Below are positions 37,601 through 46,218 of a DNA stretch of 50,020 nucleotides, piece after piece; positions within the stretch are counted from its first letter, which is position 1, and every line of letters begins with the position of its first letter. The stretch spans positions 1 to 50,020 of the IMG/VR virus record IMGVR_UViG_3300037781_000013; one strand, written 5' to 3'. The position numbers were made by a program, and so were the translations under genes. Below the pieces are notes generated by a model. The model was not told where the DNA came from, made no database searches, and saw nothing but the letters and a program-made list of their open reading frames with translations. Source of the stretch: a virus (lineage: Duplodnaviria > Caudoviricetes).

Positions 37601-38190
37601 TGAGGCCAGCCTTGGTTACGCAAATTGTAATCATGAGCAACTGACAAAGTAGTGGGACGTTCATCTACAGCTAGTCCATCATCTATTCCCCATATATCCC
37701 TCACTTTAATATTTATCTGTTCCTGAGAGAAACTGGTTCCATCCCAACTAATACGAACTGGTGCTGACATATTTAAAGCTGCTACTACCAAGTCACCTTG
37801 TATATAAGCAAAGCTCATCAAGTCTGCGTCAGAAGCACCAGTAACCGTAATACTTCCAGTTAGGTTATCAGAGATTGTGTCTGCCAAGCCATCAAAGAAA
37901 TATAGCTTCCTCCCCACCTGAACAACCATGAACGCTGTAGTAGCTTCATTACCAGCATTCTTCCACTTATAGGTACGAACAGCTGTATTAGTTAAGCTAC
38001 TTAAACTAGTGGATGTGTAGCTGCCTCCACTTTCTACATCCATACCAAACCGTCGAGACAAACTACCGTCCCGGTTTAGTTCCATATTAGATATGGCGGA
38101 AGCTGTGCCCTCAGGGAATGTTAGAGGGGATGCTTCTGTTACCAACCCCTTTACAAAGGAATTGTTTTCTACAGCTGCTTTTCTAGGCAT
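34684..38190 (-). CDS. tail nozzle / tail tubular protein B-like
   Basis: F.KGL.TEASPL.FP N-terminus, RR.G, RIWYSG, CYQ..DPTS, RG.G.AL.L...GKD..ILGW C-terminus. Confidence 0.75.
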   Translation of the reverse strand: MPRKAAVENNSFVKGLVTEASPLTFPEGTASAISNMELNRDGSLSRRFGMDVESGGSYTSTSLSSLTNTAVRTYKWKNAGNEATTAFMVVQVGRKLYFFDGLADTISDNLTGSITVTGASDADLMSFAYIQGDLVVAALNMSAPVRISWDGTSFSQEQINIKVRDIWGIDDGLAVDERPTTLSVAHDYNLRNQGWPHTFTINTAGRDNSTFTETTETDPVNYTNGRFGWFPSNADIIWANLTETADEAHVLRSYWPFNLERQLLGTTPAAKGKFIIDAFSRSGSRKTESDVAGSIPADAELGKISVVESYSGRIWYSGVLSVISGGDDRSPSYSGMLFFTQIIENDDAFEKCYQEADPTSEDFSELVATDGGTVRIPEAGFIVDLRVIGNQLVVLSENGVWSISGTDGGFRADDYRITKISDVGVVGKQSIVNVESGIMYWAEGGIYALTPDQISGTLNAQNITENVIQTLYEDINSIARTTATGFYDKLERKVKWLYNNDSDYDGVTLPYSYNKELILDTVLSAWYVNDIVDADSDSPFLSGYSQTEGFTTTTVNNLVESSDIQVIVKLPDDYSYESIAAEDWEESSSTFPSGSSQSYDSGPWVATGASAGDGMYIWDEGSTLNGGSWNPPDIDVEHWQMKKPATTPTYISTITTDVDGGLPGGIIPEGVTGQGSWYQGNIGYSYYFEPCRAFVSDKGAFCYRLLREDSSEIVSKYVLVYPDGSGGGSPDTLVNEALTNCHQTDKVFDDASNLANIYGSATNYFIACQKDGFFYVFLFGSGNQSHYITIQKYNMSTGDLVLERQEVNTDFADTSGLDYTSVALAEKCGVVDGKLVVLLDTRNGTSRYAVEIFDVSDLSITDSQWVDDGSWFTEMNVSAPEEIAFDPGNEDDEADSRIVFESAGSQYDTAWIDNLTSPTGTIEGTDFSSGIVPFTTSRIHKAFLVEKDQPIQMPILYYNRDTSGASSSALAWDLLQPGDVISTVDRDVLLTEAARTSGTTQTKYLVVKPNAVGSNYGISFGHYYNTDFQDWSDNDAAAYIVTGASTYGDTQRQKRLGQIFMHFVPTETSYTTASGFENQSGCLLRGRWGWANSSDRGKWSEQKQAYRLRNAFIPDTDTDPYSYGFDVVTTQNRVRGSGKALALRMDSEAGKDMQILGWAYLVEVEDNP

Positions 38191-38193
38191 TAA

Positions 38194-38391
38194 TTAGTCT
38201 TCTGAGGAGGTGGATACTTTTCTTTCAGCTTTAATTTTTCTGTTTTGCTCGTAAATATCTATAGCTCGCTGTGCATCCATAGTGGAAGTGAACAAGCCTT
38301 GAAGTTCTTTAGGTAGTTGACCACCGCCTTCCCACTTAATGGAGACACAATGGCCTTCAAATTGGATTTTATAGTTTTTCTTATCTGCCAT
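38194..38391 (-). CDS. hypothetical protein
   Basis: GG.LPKEL.G.FTS...A..AI. Confidence 0.65.
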   Translation of the reverse strand: MADKKNYKIQFEGHCVSIKWEGGGQLPKELQGLFTSTMDAQRAIDIYEQNRKIKAERKVSTSSED

Positions 38392-38393
38392 AA

Positions 38394-39149
38394 TTAATTA
38401 CCTCGTCTGCCATAATTTGGGCCTCGTAAGCCTCCCTCAGCTCTACCTGCTTTAGCGGCGAGCCACGTCATGCCTCGTTTAGATTGTTGCTCTGCCTTCC
38501 TATCCAGTACGTCCTTAAGACGTAAGAAACACGTTGACTTAGCCTCTGCAAGTAATGTAGGGAACATCTCACTAGGCATGTCAGGCGTATGTGCATCTGT
38601 CATACTCCATGAAGGCTCTACAAAAGCTGATGTTTGTGTCTTGGCCGTAGCCAAATATGTTTCTACATCACTGTCGTAAGAGTTAAATACAATGTATTCA
38701 TCATCAAAGCTAGTCCAATATGTAGGCGCAACATCATTCTTAATGTTAAATATAACACCAGAAGGATCAGTGATGGTGTCTACATTACTGTTGTCATCAT
38801 TATAGTTGTTGACAGTTGCTAAAAACTTATCTGGAGGAAGATATTTAATTGTAGTGAACTTAGTTCTTGTTTCTCCACTCTTAGCTACATCATACTTAAC
38901 CCATTCAATCTCTTTAGTGAGAGCTGGAATAGTCATGTGTGTGGGCGTGTCTGTATCCGCCACCTCTGTCAATGTTTGCAATGTTCTGAGATGAGGCCAA
39001 TTACGTCTGCCCATAAGCTCAAAGTAGGTGGACTTAATTATCTGAGCAACCTGCAAACTCTCTATAGTGTCGTCTATAGAGGTGACATCATCATCTGACA
39101 TATCAGACATGATGTCCTGTGTCATTTCCAAAAGAGTGAGTTTAGCCAT
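38394..39149 (-). CDS. head-tail adaptor / tail tubular protein A-like
   Basis: TLLE.TQDI.SDM..D.V.SI.DT.ES.QVA, PTYWTSFDD, YGR C-terminus. Confidence 0.75.
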   Translation of the reverse strand: MAKLTLLEMTQDIMSDMSDDDVTSIDDTIESLQVAQIIKSTYFELMGRRNWPHLRTLQTLTEVADTDTPTHMTIPALTKEIEWVKYDVAKSGETRTKFTTIKYLPPDKFLATVNNYNDDNSNVDTITDPSGVIFNIKNDVAPTYWTSFDDEYIVFNSYDSDVETYLATAKTQTSAFVEPSWSMTDAHTPDMPSEMFPTLLAEAKSTCFLRLKDVLDRKAEQQSKRGMTWLAAKAGRAEGGLRGPNYGRRGN

Positions 39150-39608
39150 TTATGATCTCTCTACAATCACTGTAACGTAGCATTTAGAAGCTGTGGTACT
39201 ACCCCCGTCTGTTTCTACAGTGATATAGTCATTATTAGTTACTGTGCTATTACTAGCCGGGGTTAATGTATCTACGTCTCCAGCTGCACTACCAGAATAC
39301 TCTACTGTAATATCACCCATAGAATTTCCTGAGCTATCCTTAGGAGTTACTGTAGCATCTGCGGCACTGATGGCAGTATCAATAACAGTTATAACACGTA
39401 CAACTTCTCCTGCGTAAGCGATAGGTATGTAAATAGTTTCTGCTGTGCTTATATCTGCTATTACACCAGAATAACTATCTGTTCTGTTGTTTTCCCAATC
39501 ACCGGAGCCAGTACCATCAGATACATACACTTCTCCAGAAGAAGAAGCTTCTATTCCTTTAGGCTCATGCCTCTGTGCAGATGGTATATCTTTATGTTCT
39601 ATTGTCAT
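39150..39608 (-). CDS. virion structural protein
   Basis: H..I....RHEPKG...A..G.VY..DG.GSG.W motif. Confidence 0.65.
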   Translation of the reverse strand: MTIEHKDIPSAQRHEPKGIEASSSGEVYVSDGTGSGDWENNRTDSYSGVIADISTAETIYIPIAYAGEVVRVITVIDTAISAADATVTPKDSSGNSMGDITVEYSGSAAGDVDTLTPASNSTVTNNDYITVETDGGSTTASKCYVTVIVERS

Positions 39609-39624
39609 ACTTAATTATCCAATA

Positions 39625-41553
39625 TTAAGAAGCCATTAACACACACGGAACTAGATATGAACCGTCTGAGTAAGTTTCAATGACCTCAGTAGATGTAATT
39701 TTGGCAACCGTACTGGCCTTCACTGTGTAATCACGGGTCATCATGCTTTTCTGCACACGGCCTGTACCATCACCAGCACTTTCGATTAAATCACCGTTTT
39801 TGAGTTTAACGTCCTTACCAATACGGATAACGAAATCGCCCACCTGCGCGACATAGAAATCATAGGGCGCATAAACATCGTCTTTGTCGTAATCCTGAAA
39901 CACACCGGCCACGGATTTATCACCGACAACCGAACTGATCAGGGTTTTATTAAGCTGCTCATTGGCTTCCTGAACGATTGTGGCTTTTACCACTTCGCCG
40001 GATTCTGCGGTGTAGTCAATAACGTCTCCCACTTCGCCGGGGCCATCGTATAGTTCGTGATGCTTCACTACCTGCTCCGGTGTGCGCTCAACTTCCTCAA
40101 CATAATCGACAATTCGCCGAGTGAAGTATTTCTGAACCTGAACTATTTCGAAAACCGGGTTACCTTCGTCATCTTTAACTTGCTCGCCATCTTCCATAAT
40201 AGGAACTTTCTCAGGCTCAGTAACAGGGTTTCCTAGCTCATCATAGATGGGAAAGGTTTCTTTCTGGACTTCATCGACGGTAATTTCCTCAACCGTCTGC
40301 ACTGCCTTGCCATCAACAACTTCATGGGTAATTTTCTTCTTCTTAACGGGCTTGGTTTTGTAGTGAGTGACCTTTTCAACCTCTGCCGGAACTACTTCTT
40401 CCCATTCAACTGCAAGCCATACGCACATTTCGTCGGTATTAGAAAGAATAGTTCCGCGATAAACTTCTGGCGGTTCAGCATGAGGCCCATCAGCCCATTG
40501 TGACCATCGAGATAAGTGAGCACCGTTGTAAGAGACAGTCGTACCAGATACAGAAATAGAGCCTTCTTGCGTTGTATCTTGACGAAGGGATATTAGTATT
40601 CCGTCACTGGTTAATCTGTTAAACGTAGCAACATCACCGTCAGATAACGTTGCCCTAAATCTACCACTCGGAGCGATTTCAACACCTTCGGATGATGTAT
40701 CTTGACCAGTTTTCCCCCATAACTGAGATCGCGTAGAATCAATTCTTGTTGCCTCAACACCGTTTATGTCAAATTTTAGTGCCGATGACGCGCCTGCTCT
40801 TAAGTTGAGATCGTATTTTGTGAATAAAAAGCCGTTCGCGCCGCTGGTGGTCAGCGTCAGCTGGTCTTCTGTTGCTGCCGTATCTCGAATTACAATATCA
40901 CCGGCAGATTGGTTTAGGGCGATAGTGCCTCCGGCTGTTATACCATCAACAATATCTAGGCCGTTGCTGTCTAGCTTCATTTTATTTACATTTAAAAGCC
41001 GCCATTCTTGATCTTCAGCCCCTGAAGCAGATTTCCGAATGATATAATCGGAAGCTACAAACGCACCCCCATCATCAAGAGTTTGAAAAACCGTATCGTC
41101 CAAGGCTTGCACAAGCCTTGTTTTATTGTGCGTGGATGTACCATCAGACTCCGACAAGATAACTTGCGGCGTTCCATTTTCTATCTCAAGATTCCCGGTT
41201 AAACCAAGAGACGTAAAACTCGCCGCCCCACCGTTCAGCGGAACATCGCCCGGATCGGTGCCTGTGTCTTTGTCGTATACACTACCAAGACCAAGAATAG
41301 TTCTTACCTGCGAAGCACCCAATACCTCTGGTTCACCGTCTCCTGCTGTGTCTCTTCCTAGGATAGAGTCGGTGGCTATATCTTCTATATTTGTTAAAGA
41401 TACAGACAAGCCACTCTCTAGTTCAGAGAGGGTTATTTTCTTGCCCGTACCGCTAGCCGAATCTGTTGTGTCGTCAACGTCAACAACGTAAAACACATCA
41501 GCTGCGTCTATTTCATTCCCTAATAGGGTGTTTTGATCTGTTACTTTAGCCAT
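39625..41553 (-). CDS. tail fibre/spike with a C-terminal chaperone-like domain
   Basis: Thr/Gly/Asp-rich beta repeats; G.I..SGTT.SY; VG...IR.....NGDL..S..DG.G..Q...TVAK...VPC.L. Confidence 0.75.
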   Translation of the reverse strand: MAKVTDQNTLLGNEIDAADVFYVVDVDDTTDSASGTGKKITLSELESGLSVSLTNIEDIATDSILGRDTAGDGEPEVLGASQVRTILGLGSVYDKDTGTDPGDVPLNGGAASFTSLGLTGNLEIENGTPQVILSESDGTSTHNKTRLVQALDDTVFQTLDDGGAFVASDYIIRKSASGAEDQEWRLLNVNKMKLDSNGLDIVDGITAGGTIALNQSAGDIVIRDTAATEDQLTLTTSGANGFLFTKYDLNLRAGASSALKFDINGVEATRIDSTRSQLWGKTGQDTSSEGVEIAPSGRFRATLSDGDVATFNRLTSDGILISLRQDTTQEGSISVSGTTVSYNGAHLSRWSQWADGPHAEPPEVYRGTILSNTDEMCVWLAVEWEEVVPAEVEKVTHYKTKPVKKKKITHEVVDGKAVQTVEEITVDEVQKETFPIYDELGNPVTEPEKVPIMEDGEQVKDDEGNPVFEIVQVQKYFTRRIVDYVEEVERTPEQVVKHHELYDGPGEVGDVIDYTAESGEVVKATIVQEANEQLNKTLISSVVGDKSVAGVFQDYDKDDVYAPYDFYVAQVGDFVIRIGKDVKLKNGDLIESAGDGTGRVQKSMMTRDYTVKASTVAKITSTEVIETYSDGSYLVPCVLMAS

Positions 41554-41867
41554 TAATTAAGTAGGGGAGTAGTCCCATCCTCTTCGTAGAGCAATATTCC
41601 ATTCTCTTCCAATAGTGATTCTCCTAGAGCAAACAAAGAAATAATTGATAACATGTCTGCAACACTAGTGTAGGATTGAGTAATAGCTGCACTAAGCAGC
41701 CTGTCTGGTGTAGAGTCTCCTACATACCCTAAGTCCCCTAGATAGTCAAACAGCATGTCAGACGTAGAGCCTTGATACCCTTGATCTTCTAGGTATTTAA
41801 AAACCATATCACTCAAGGCTTGTCGATAGCCTAGGGAGTATAAAAGCTGATAATCTAATGGACTCAT
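41553..41867 (-). CDS. hypothetical virion protein
   Basis: Internal repeats (YL..LGY.G...D..). Confidence 0.6.
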   Translation of the reverse strand: MSPLDYQLLYSLGYRQALSDMVFKYLEDQGYQGSTSDMLFDYLGDLGYVGDSTPDRLLSAAITQSYTSVADMLSIISLFALGESLLEENGILLYEEDGTTPLLN

Positions 41868-41878
41868 ATAGTTTTAGA

Positions 41879-41902
41879 GTAAAGGAGGGGCCGAAGCCCC
41901 TC
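41879..41902 (-). terminator. intrinsic terminator after the capsid/decoration genes
   Basis: GAGGGGC-TTCG-GCCCCTC then CTTT on the minus strand (UUCG tetraloop). Confidence 0.75.
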
Positions 41903-41907
41903 ACAGT

Positions 41908-42396
41908 TTAGATTTTGCGATAACGAATCACAATCTTAACTTTACCACCATCTACAGAAGTGATGGTGCCTCCACCTGCTACCAGAGAAACGCCAATAGC
42001 AGTTTCAGCAGCAAGGGCAGCTGCCCAAGTACCTGCACCACTAGAGTCTACCTCAGTAGTTGTGGAAATAGATGTAGCCGCATCAGAAATGCTAAAGCCA
42101 TTAGTACCTTCACTACCGTTAGTACCTACGTTCAAAGTGAGAGACGTAGTACCACCAGTTTGTGTAATAGCTTCTTCTACATCGAAGGTTGCGTCAATAG
42201 GAATAGCTCCTGCTGGCAAAGAACGCTGAGTATCAAAAGTTTCGTCGCTGCCAAAGTCAGTGTCTTTGACATAAACAACTACCTCTTGAATAGAGCCTTT
42301 ACCGGGAAGTTCGCCACCACCTAGAACGCCATCTTCAGTTTCGCGTGGGCCATAGTGCGTAAAAACATTCAGACCCGCTGTATCTTCATAACTCAT
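41908..42396 (-). CDS. capsid decoration / minor capsid protein
   Basis: Follows the MCP; GGAGG RBS; G..V..HYGPR N-terminus; beta-rich. Confidence 0.65.
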   Translation of the reverse strand: MSYEDTAGLNVFTHYGPRETEDGVLGGGELPGKGSIQEVVVYVKDTDFGSDETFDTQRSLPAGAIPIDATFDVEEAITQTGGTTSLTLNVGTNGSEGTNGFSISDAATSISTTTEVDSSGAGTWAAALAAETAIGVSLVAGGGTITSVDGGKVKIVIRYRKI

Positions 42397-42407
42397 GATA
42401 TACCTCC

Positions 42408-43391
42408 TTATGAAGTAGCAGTTGCGGAAGTGACAACAACACCAAGAGTGTCGAGTCGCTGCACACCATCTGCCCAACGCACAGTCTCCACAAAGTGGTC
42501 ACGTTGTTTAGTGATGTTACGCTCAGTTTCCACTTTAGGTGGCTGACGCATAGCCATCATGCCCGGTTTCAGCTGATCGCTGGCAACAGACATAAACAGG
42601 TTACACACACCAGAGGTGGAGCCTGAACCACTCGCATCAAATTCTGCGAGAGTTTCACCACTAATTACTGGCAGCTTATTGGAAGTGAAGATTTTCCAAC
42701 CGTAAAGGCTGGTTACAAATTCATGGTCTTCCATAAAGCCATCTTTAACCAACTTAACCATAGTGGGGTCGCTGGCATCCAGATTAGAGGTGAGAGTTGA
42801 TGCAAGGCTGAAAGTAGCAGCAACAACAGGATCAACGATAGCGATACGACCACCCATAGGTACATTAGCCTTGTTAAATGCAAGTTGCATATTAATCAAG
42901 TCTGAAATAGCCATAGTGTCGTTAGAGCCAGCGCCACGGAAGCGGCGAGGCATACCATTCACTGCGTTGTTGTTAGATGCTGTCTGACCAGCTTGCAGGG
43001 TATTGAAGAAACGAGTTTCCATAGTTTCCCGAATAGCCACAGAAGCTTCTTCAGCGCGAGCTTGCAACAGTGCTTGAATCTGGTGAGCATCCTGCCGCAT
43101 TGGGTCTGTGATGTAATATCCATCTCCAATGTAGTTGTTCACTGACAGGGTGATTGTACCTGATTCGATTGGGTTGAAGGTAATGTCTTCGTTTTCAGTT
43201 ACTTCCTGAATGGTTACACTACCGATTGTTTTGATATTAAGCTGATCCCCATGCTGGAAGTCTGTGACATTCCGATAGAACGTGTTGGGGAACGGCTTTT
43301 CTTTGAGAGTTCGTAGGATGTAGGAACTCTCTACCTCCGCCTCTATAAACGCAGGGTTTGTAGACGAAGGGTTAGATGCCGAAATAGACAT
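42408..43391 (-). CDS. major capsid protein
   Basis: 327 aa after the scaffold; RNV.DF..GD.LNI.TIG, F.KANVP..GRIAIVDP, G..R.DTLGV. Confidence 0.85.
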   Translation of the reverse strand: MSISASNPSSTNPAFIEAEVESSYILRTLKEKPFPNTFYRNVTDFQHGDQLNIKTIGSVTIQEVTENEDITFNPIESGTITLSVNNYIGDGYYITDPMRQDAHQIQALLQARAEEASVAIRETMETRFFNTLQAGQTASNNNAVNGMPRRFRGAGSNDTMAISDLINMQLAFNKANVPMGGRIAIVDPVVAATFSLASTLTSNLDASDPTMVKLVKDGFMEDHEFVTSLYGWKIFTSNKLPVISGETLAEFDASGSGSTSGVCNLFMSVASDQLKPGMMAMRQPPKVETERNITKQRDHFVETVRWADGVQRLDTLGVVVTSATATS

Positions 43392-43407
43392 ACTATACTC
43401 CTATAAA

Positions 43408-44193
43408 TTAAACAGAATATTTTTTAACGACAGCTTCGTAAGTTTCCCTAAACTTAGCTGCACTTTCAGAGCTATCTGGAGACATGAAGGTACGGCGCAA
43501 CTCTTCCAAGTCTAGCCCTTTTTCGTTGTCTTTCAGTGCTCCTGTGTTTACAGTGCTTACGGATTCTCCCGAAGGCTTGTCTTCCTTTTTAGCGAAATGC
43601 TCCACTACAAGCTTGGGATGCGTACCAGCGAGAGTTGTCAATTCTGCAACACTCATCTCTAGCTCCTGAGCTTTAGCTTTAAACATTTCTTCCGCTTTGT
43701 CTCCGAATTGAGACTCCAAAGTAGTTTTAACATTATCTCGGTTCGTTTTAATACGAGCTTCCTGCTCGCGTTTAGAAACAAGATTTTCCACTACCTTTTC
43801 AATTGAAGCTTCGTCATATTCTGCGGCTGGTGTCGCCCCATTATTTTTCTGCGCTTCTTCTTTAATATGCTCGTACATAGATTCTAAGCCCTCATATTGT
43901 GCCAGTTGTTGTTTAAGCTCATTAACTTCATCAGTCAACTCTTTGATATGCTTATCAGCATACGGAATACTGGCTAGAGCTTTATCTACAGAGTCATATT
44001 TAGTTCGCCCATCTTCCGCCTTAATCTCTGCTAGCTGGTCTGCAAACAGGCTGTTCGGATCAATAGACTCAGGCTTTTCCTGTGCGGAGGCATCCTGTGT
44101 GCCTTTTTCAGCTTCCGGGGTAGGTTGCTGAGAATTCTCGTTCTCACCAGCACCACCTTCGTCGGGGTTTCCATTGAAGAGGTCGTCGGTCAT
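43408..44193 (-). CDS. capsid scaffolding protein
   Basis: Acidic, coiled-coil; KY..V..AL......HI..L; between portal and MCP. Confidence 0.8.
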   Translation of the reverse strand: MTDDLFNGNPDEGGAGENENSQQPTPEAEKGTQDASAQEKPESIDPNSLFADQLAEIKAEDGRTKYDSVDKALASIPYADKHIKELTDEVNELKQQLAQYEGLESMYEHIKEEAQKNNGATPAAEYDEASIEKVVENLVSKREQEARIKTNRDNVKTTLESQFGDKAEEMFKAKAQELEMSVAELTTLAGTHPKLVVEHFAKKEDKPSGESVSTVNTGALKDNEKGLDLEELRRTFMSPDSSESAAKFRETYEAVVKKYSV

Positions 44194-44195
44194 TA

Positions 44196-44453
44196 TTAGT
44201 CACCTTTTAGTGTGTTAATTAAAGATCGCAGAGTTTTCTGCTCTGCTATTTTACTAGCTTGGTATTCACTCCAAGCTGGCATGAAATAGTTGTCTTTCTT
44301 TGACATTTCAGTGTAAGAGGCTTCAAGCTCTTTCTCCAGAACACGTACCAATTGAGTGCGTACAGGATGTGATGCTGCCCATATCGCCTTCATATCAGCA
44401 CGTTCTTGTTCGTTTCTACACTGATCTAGTAGTCGTTTATCCAAGGGGGTCAT
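44196..44453 (-). CDS. hypothetical protein
   Basis: Typical slot after the portal gene; Y..PAW...QA..I. Confidence 0.7.
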   Translation of the reverse strand: MTPLDKRLLDQCRNEQERADMKAIWAASHPVRTQLVRVLEKELEASYTEMSKKDNYFMPAWSEYQASKIAEQKTLRSLINTLKGD

Positions 44454-46218
44454 CCTCCTCTAGAGGTGTTGCTTGTTGTACTTGTGTGTCCTCTGCTGCT
44501 TGGTTTGCCAAACGCTGAGACTCCTCCCGTTCAAACACAGCAGCGTCCTTCCTGACAATAGAGAAGCGTTGCAGTTGCAGAGTTTCTTCCAGCAGCCTTG
44601 CAATCTCAATGTCAGAGAAGTGACGTTCCACTTTAGGCCACATTTGAGAATTGGTGATGCCTACTAAGTTCTGTAAGAGCTGCGCTCTCTGAGCAAAGTG
44701 TCTAGCACCAATAGGACGCAGCTTACCTTTAGCTGTGATGTCCTCTTTAGTAATGGTGAGGAAGTCGGCTACAGCCAAATCATCATCCATCACACGTATA
44801 ACATCAGCTCCAGTCATGTTACGTACAGCTGTTTCTAACATGTTATTAAGGAGAGGCTCAAGAACATCAATTTCAAATTGTGTAATCTTTTCTTGGAAGA
44901 TGCGTCCAGCAGCATTCTCTAGTGCTTGTACTTCAAACGCTGTTTTCTCACCGGGAGTACGAATACCCATAGCTTCCCTTGGTGCTCCTGCAAACTCTTC
45001 CATCAGCTGCATGAGAATAGCAATCTCGTTATTCACTGCTAGCGCCTCTGTAGGCTTCGTGAGAGGCTCTATATCGCCATCTTCACCACACACTACCTCC
45101 CCATTAGGGTAGAACTCAAAATCCTGTACATCCCCCTTACGCTTCCACATAGGGGTGATGATTAAATCCCAAGCATCAGCTTTAGCATTTTCCAAATGAT
45201 CCAGTCGGTATTGCATACCAACAAGGTTGGCTAGTGGCCCCATTCCATACAGATTGTCAGGCCGCTTACGCCACGCTGTATGCACTTTATATCCGTTACG
45301 TTTCCATGCAGGGATAGGCTCTTTACGTACAATCTTACATCTGTCCATTACAGTGATGATGTAATCGTCTAGCAGCTCTCCTGTCTGTGGATCGTAGGCT
45401 GTCCCTTCAAACTCTAGAAGCTCTACATACCCACTAGAGTAGTAGTTGTACAAATCACCAAAACCATCTACATCATAGCCTGAGGCTTTCCTAACCTCAT
45501 CCACTGTGTATCCAGAGCCACTAATTAGTCCACGTACACGCTGACCATGCTCGATTGCAGACTTTATCCACTTATCGGGACGTGCCTCCTGCATCTTAAC
45601 CAGCTCACCTATCCTAACAATCTTACGTGTAATCTTAGGACTAGCTTCAAATGAGATGGCTGTAGGGTCAAACACAATATCGTGTATACCAACCCGTATT
45701 GCTTTTGGCCCAATATATCCGGGAATCTTTTCTCCAGTTTCCTTATCTGTCTTGGTTTCATTCACCCAAATAACATCAGCAAAGGCATTACCTGTGTCAA
45801 TGTAGTCGTAAAGAAGCTGGCTCACTGTGTCCCTAAAACCACTAATGCGCGTCTTATTAGACATGTACGCCTGTATAGCTTCTCTCTTGCCTTTTGAATC
45901 ATCCTCTTCTGTATACCCTTCCCACTGCATCCAGTTGTCATTAGGGAATAAGGAGGCGATATAGTTGGCGTGTAGGTTGTCTCTAATCTGGCATAGCTTA
46001 GGGACTGTAGTGCGGTTGTGCCAAGGTAGTTGTTCCTGTGACTGTGCTCCTAGTGTATGGAGAGTGTCTGTAGCAAACACAAAGTTTCGCTGTTCTTCCA
46101 GCTCATCCATCATACCGGAACGCTGATCACGCCAGTCTGTCCAGTTGTAAACAATAGAGTCTGCAAGCCCATCCGGGCTGAAAAGGCTCTCAAGTTCCTT
46201 CACTGCATATTCATTCAT
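44437..46218 (-). CDS. portal protein
   Basis: 593 aa after TerL; PKLCQIRDNL, WR.RPDNLYGMGPL, GIRTPGEKTAFEV. Confidence 0.88.
   Translation of the reverse strand: MNEYAVKELESLFSPDGLADSIVYNWTDWRDQRSGMMDELEEQRNFVFATDTLHTLGAQSQEQLPWHNRTTVPKLCQIRDNLHANYIASLFPNDNWMQWEGYTEEDDSKGKREAIQAYMSNKTRISGFRDTVSQLLYDYIDTGNAFADVIWVNETKTDKETGEKIPGYIGPKAIRVGIHDIVFDPTAISFEASPKITRKIVRIGELVKMQEARPDKWIKSAIEHGQRVRGLISGSGYTVDEVRKASGYDVDGFGDLYNYYSSGYVELLEFEGTAYDPQTGELLDDYIITVMDRCKIVRKEPIPAWKRNGYKVHTAWRKRPDNLYGMGPLANLVGMQYRLDHLENAKADAWDLIITPMWKRKGDVQDFEFYPNGEVVCGEDGDIEPLTKPTEALAVNNEIAILMQLMEEFAGAPREAMGIRTPGEKTAFEVQALENAAGRIFQEKITQFEIDVLEPLLNNMLETAVRNMTGADVIRVMDDDLAVADFLTITKEDITAKGKLRPIGARHFAQRAQLLQNLVGITNSQMWPKVERHFSDIEIARLLEETLQLQRFSIVRKDAAVFEREESQRLANQAAEDTQVQQATPLEEDDPLG

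Noticed and set aside
42396-42500. Programmed -1 frameshift fusing the MCP to the decoration protein (T7 10A/10B-like)
   Set aside because: The -1 frame is open for ~34 codons into the decoration gene, but I saw no slippery heptamer and the downstream gene has its own GGAGG RBS
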